Positions 60,500-64,000 of a stretch of 64,000 nucleotides of DNA are shown piece after piece (the first letter of the stretch is position 1; each line of letters begins with the position of its first letter). Source of the DNA: Mobula hypostoma (Eukaryota); NCBI RefSeq assembly GCF_963921235.1, contig NC_086097.1, forward strand, positions 41,976,001-42,040,000, read 5' to 3'. Under the pieces are notes generated by a model that was given only the letters and a program-made list of their open reading frames with translations, did not search any database and was not told the DNA's origin. The position numbers and the translations under genes are program-made.

Positions 60500-63400
60500 A
60501 CCCCCCCCCCCAGAACCGGCGATACCTCCCCCAATGTCCACAGTCTGGATCGGCCTCTGTTTGGGAGGTCTGCCCCTGCGCCACGGTGCCTGAGCCTGGA
60601 CCGGCTGCGCCAAGTCCACATGGGCTGGTTTGAGTCGGTCCACCGTGAAAACCTCCTCTCTCCCCCCAATGTCCAGCACGAACGTGGACCCGTTGTTCCT
60701 GATCACCTTAAACAGCCCCTCGTAGGGCCGCTGTAGCGGTGCCCGGTGTCCGCCCTGTCGTACAAAAAGAAACTTACAGTTCTGCAGGTCTTTGGGTACG
60801 CAGGTCGGGCTCTGTCCGTGCTGTGAAGTGGGTATGGGGGCCAGGTTACCGAGCCTCTCCCGTAGTCTGTCCAGGACTGCTGTGGGTTCTTCCTCTTGCC
60901 CCCTTGGGGCTGGTATGAACTCTCCTGGGACGACCAGGGGCGCGCCGTACACCAACTCGGCCGACGAGGTGTGCAGATCCTCTTTGGGCGCCGGGCGGAT
61001 TCCAAGCAGGACCCAGGGAAGCTCGTCCACCCAGTTAGGCCCCTCCAGGCAGGCCATGAGAGCTGACTTCAGGTGACGGTGGAAGAGCTCCACTAGTCCG
61101 TTCGACTGTGGGTGGTAGGCAGTTGTGTGGTGTAGCTGAGATCCTAAAAGGTTGGCCATAGCCGACCACAGGCTGGAGGTGAACTGGGCGCCCCTGTCAG
61201 AGGTAATGTGGGCCGGTACCCCGAAGCGGGCTACCCAGGTTGCGATCAGTGCTCGGGTGCAGGATTCAGAGGTGGTGTCGGTGAGCGGGACTGCCTCTGG
61301 CCATCTGGTGAACCGGTCTATCATAGTTAGGAGGTACCGCGCTCCTCGTGACACTGGCAGGGGCCCCACGATATCCACATGAATGTGGTCGAACCTCCGG
61401 CGGGTGGGTTCGAACCGCTGCGGTGGAGCCTTGGTGTGCCGCTGCACCTTGGCCGTTTGGCACTGCATACATGTGTGTACGCACACGACTGGCGGCTCTC
61501 CGCCTCAGGACTCTGCAGAGATTCCTGTACGCCGAGCGCCCTCCCAGGTGGCACGTGTTGGCGACTTTCTTCCTCCGGAGGGGCTGCTGCCTTCACGAAG
61601 ATATGCAGCTACCACCGGCAGGCGTCAGCCGTGCTGCTTTGCAGAGGCTGCCCGGCTTCTATCAGGACCTACTGAGAGTCTGGAACATGGTTGCCTCAGG
61701 CCGGGAATCCCCTCCTCTGGCAGAGGGCGGGGTCCTGGCCGACCCTTGCCCTGCCTCAGCGGATGTCGGTGCGGCTCAGGTGTGTGGATCGACTCAAGCT
61801 GAGCTGCTCGTCGGGCCCAGGCCCCGCAGCCTTACCCGAGAGACGAATCCACACAACTTGAGCCGTCTTTCATCGACACCCACAATCCCATTCAGGGATG
61901 CAGGCAGGAGGTACCTTTATGGGCTGCTGCTCCACACCCTCCACTTCCTCGCCTTTGTCCACCGTCCCGACACGCCATGGCGGTCGGTCTTTCCACCTGG
62001 AGGTGAGGGGGGTCCCCAGTGGAAGTCCCTTTACAAGGGAGTCCTCCCCATGCACCTTGGGGATCTCGGCTGGAGGGTGCTGCATAAAGCGGTGCCCTGC
62101 AATAAGTTCTTTAGTCTGTACACGGATCTCCCAGCCGCGTGTCACTTCTGCGGGCTGGAGGAGACCGTGTACCACATGTACGTGGAGTGTGTGAGGCTGC
62201 AGCCCCTTTTCGCGTTTTTGCGTGGGCTGCTTCTCGCCTTCTGGTTGCATTTCAGTCCCACCCTATTTATATATGGTCATCCAGTAAGGAGGGGGGCACA
62301 GAGGGATGAGGATGTCCTTGTCAACTTGCTCCTGGGGCTGGCGAAAATTGCCATCCGTGGCTCCTGGAAAAGGGTGGCAGGAGGTTCTCCCCGGGCGGAC
62401 TGCCTGGCTATGTTTAGGGGGTATGTTCGTGCCCGGGTGAACATTGAAAAGGAATACGCACAGTCCACGGCGACCGTAGAGGTGTTCCGGGACCGTTGGG
62501 CTCCGCGGGGTGTAAATGCCATCATTGATGAGGATGGCAATATATTGGTTTAAGATGTATTGTCTGTATGTAGTGTAGTAAATATGTTAGTCAGTGGGTT
62601 TGTAAATATTGTATAGCACCGACATTTGTAATAAAGAATTTTGTAAAAAAAAAAAATAATACATGTTTTGGCCCATTCACTGACCTGTTTACGAAGTCCA
62701 TGCCACACGAACCTGTTGGAGACCAGCCGGACAGTTGTCCTGATGGAGGGGTGCGCTAAGTTGTGAATGGACTCGAAAACCCGCCGGCGCCAGGCTGCTG
62801 GGACGACGGGGCGGGGTTGGCCGGTAGCGACGTCACATAGTAGAGTCCTCTCACCTGGGCCTACGGGGAGGTCTTGGAGCTGCAAACCGGAGACTGCAGT
62901 CCTGTAACTGGGGATCTCAGTGTCTGCCTGCTGTGCCTCTGCCAGCGCTGCATAGTCCACCCCCTGGGACAGGGCCTGTATGGTAGGTCTGGAAAGTGCG
63001 TCCGCCACGACGTTGTCCTTTCCCAGGACATGCCGGATGTCCGTCGTGTATTCGGAGATGTAGGACAGATGTCGCTGCTGGCGGGACGACCAGGGGTCGG
63101 ACACCTTAGTGAACGCAAAGGTAAGCGGTTTGTGGTCTGTGAACGCGGTGAAGGGCCTACCTTTTAAGAAGTACCTGAAATGCCGGATTGCCAGGTATAG
63201 TGCCAATAGCTCCCGGTCGAAAGCACTGTATTTGAGTTCGGGTGGTCGTAGGTGTTTGCTGAAGAACGCCAGGGGTTGCCAGCGACCCTCGATGAGTTGT
63301 TCCAGCACTCCACCGACCGCTGTGTTGGATGTGTCCACCGTGAGGGCAGTAGGAATGTCCGTTCTGGGGTGCACTAGCATCGCGGCATTTGCCAAGGCTT

Positions 63401-64000
63401 CTTTAGTTTTAACGAAAGCGGTTGCGGCCTCTTCGTCCTAGGTAATGTCCTTGCCCTTACCCGACATTAGAGTGAACAGGGGTTGCATGGTTCGGGCTGC
63501 TGAGGGGAGGAAACGGTGGTAGAAATTCACCATACCCACAAATTCCTGCAGGCCTTTGATTGTGTTGGGTCGGGGGAAGTTGCAGACCGCGTCTACCTTG
63601 GCGGGCAGCGGGGTTGCCCCGTCTTTAGTAATCCTGTGGCCCAGGAAGTCAATGGTGTCGAGTCCGAACTGGCATTTGGCTGGGCTTGTAAGGCCGAATT
63701 CGCTCAGGCAGGAGTAGAGCTGGCGGAGGTGGGACAGATGCTCCTGCCGACTACTGCTGGCTATGAGGATATCGTCCAAATAGATGAATGCAAAGTCCAG
63801 GTTGCGTCCCACCGCATCCATTAGCCGCTGGAAAGTCTGTACGGCATTCTTTAAACCAAACGGCATTCGGAGGAATTCGAAAAGTCCGAACGGGGTGATA
63901 AGTGCTGTTTTGGGGATGTCGTCCGGATGTACAGGGATTTGATAGTATCCCCGGACGAGGTCTACCTTGGAAAAGATTCTTGCGCCATGTAGGTTTGTTG
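60500..64000 (-). pseudogene. Gypsy pol (RT, RNase H, integrase), stop at 63438 and split by a Tx1 insertion
   Basis: MPFGLKN, YLDD, YSAFDRELLA, TDHKPL, NVVADALSR, HHCC, HVDIVGP, SDRGAQF, YHPQSNG and a GPY-like PYEG motif. Confidence 0.95.
61475..62658 (+). mobile_element. 5'-truncated Tx1/L1-clade LINE
   Basis: Open ORF2 C-terminus to 62553 with DLGWRVLH and CHFC..ETVYHMYVEC; AATAAA and poly(A). 8-bp TSD atacatgt at 61467-61474 and 62659-62666. Confidence 0.92.

Larger units (their letters stand above)
60212..64000 (-). mobile_element. Young Gypsy LTR retrotransposon, 3' part (runs off the window)
   Basis: 3' LTR 60212-60497 (TG..CA) and G-run polypurine tract at 60501-60511; pol order is RT, RNase H, integrase. 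Confidence 0.96.

Noticed and set aside
61348..61474. N-terminus of the 401-aa ORF as a real fusion protein
   Set aside because: It is antisense Gypsy integrase read through into a truncated Tx1 fragment.

Overview
Eukaryotic, repeat-dense vertebrate DNA with no host protein-coding exon that I can support. The mix of CR1 LINEs with an esterase ORF1, abundant Penelope-like elements, Rex/Babar, RTE, L1/Tx1, Gypsy, Harbinger and Tc1 suggests a cartilaginous fish such as a ray; this is inference. Most of the window is layered transposable elements, and many target-site duplications (TSDs) are readable, so several nesting orders can be reconstructed. Main points: (1) minimal type I hammerhead ribozyme motifs (AGTC-CTGAYGA-AGGG..CCY-GAAA-CGTC-GACT) in the Penelope terminal repeats, 6 near-intact and several decayed. 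(2) A young 6.4-kb composite Penelope insertion (26814-33204, 14-bp TSD) with inverted and tandem copies; its left end contains a 145-bp copy of DNA lying about 18 kb downstream. (3) Bipartite non-autonomous RTE and Rex/L2 derivatives, one carrying a 64-bp fold-back palindrome. (4) Multi-level nested insertions. No CRISPR, rRNA or true tRNA gene was seen. Family names come from motif recognition, not database searches.
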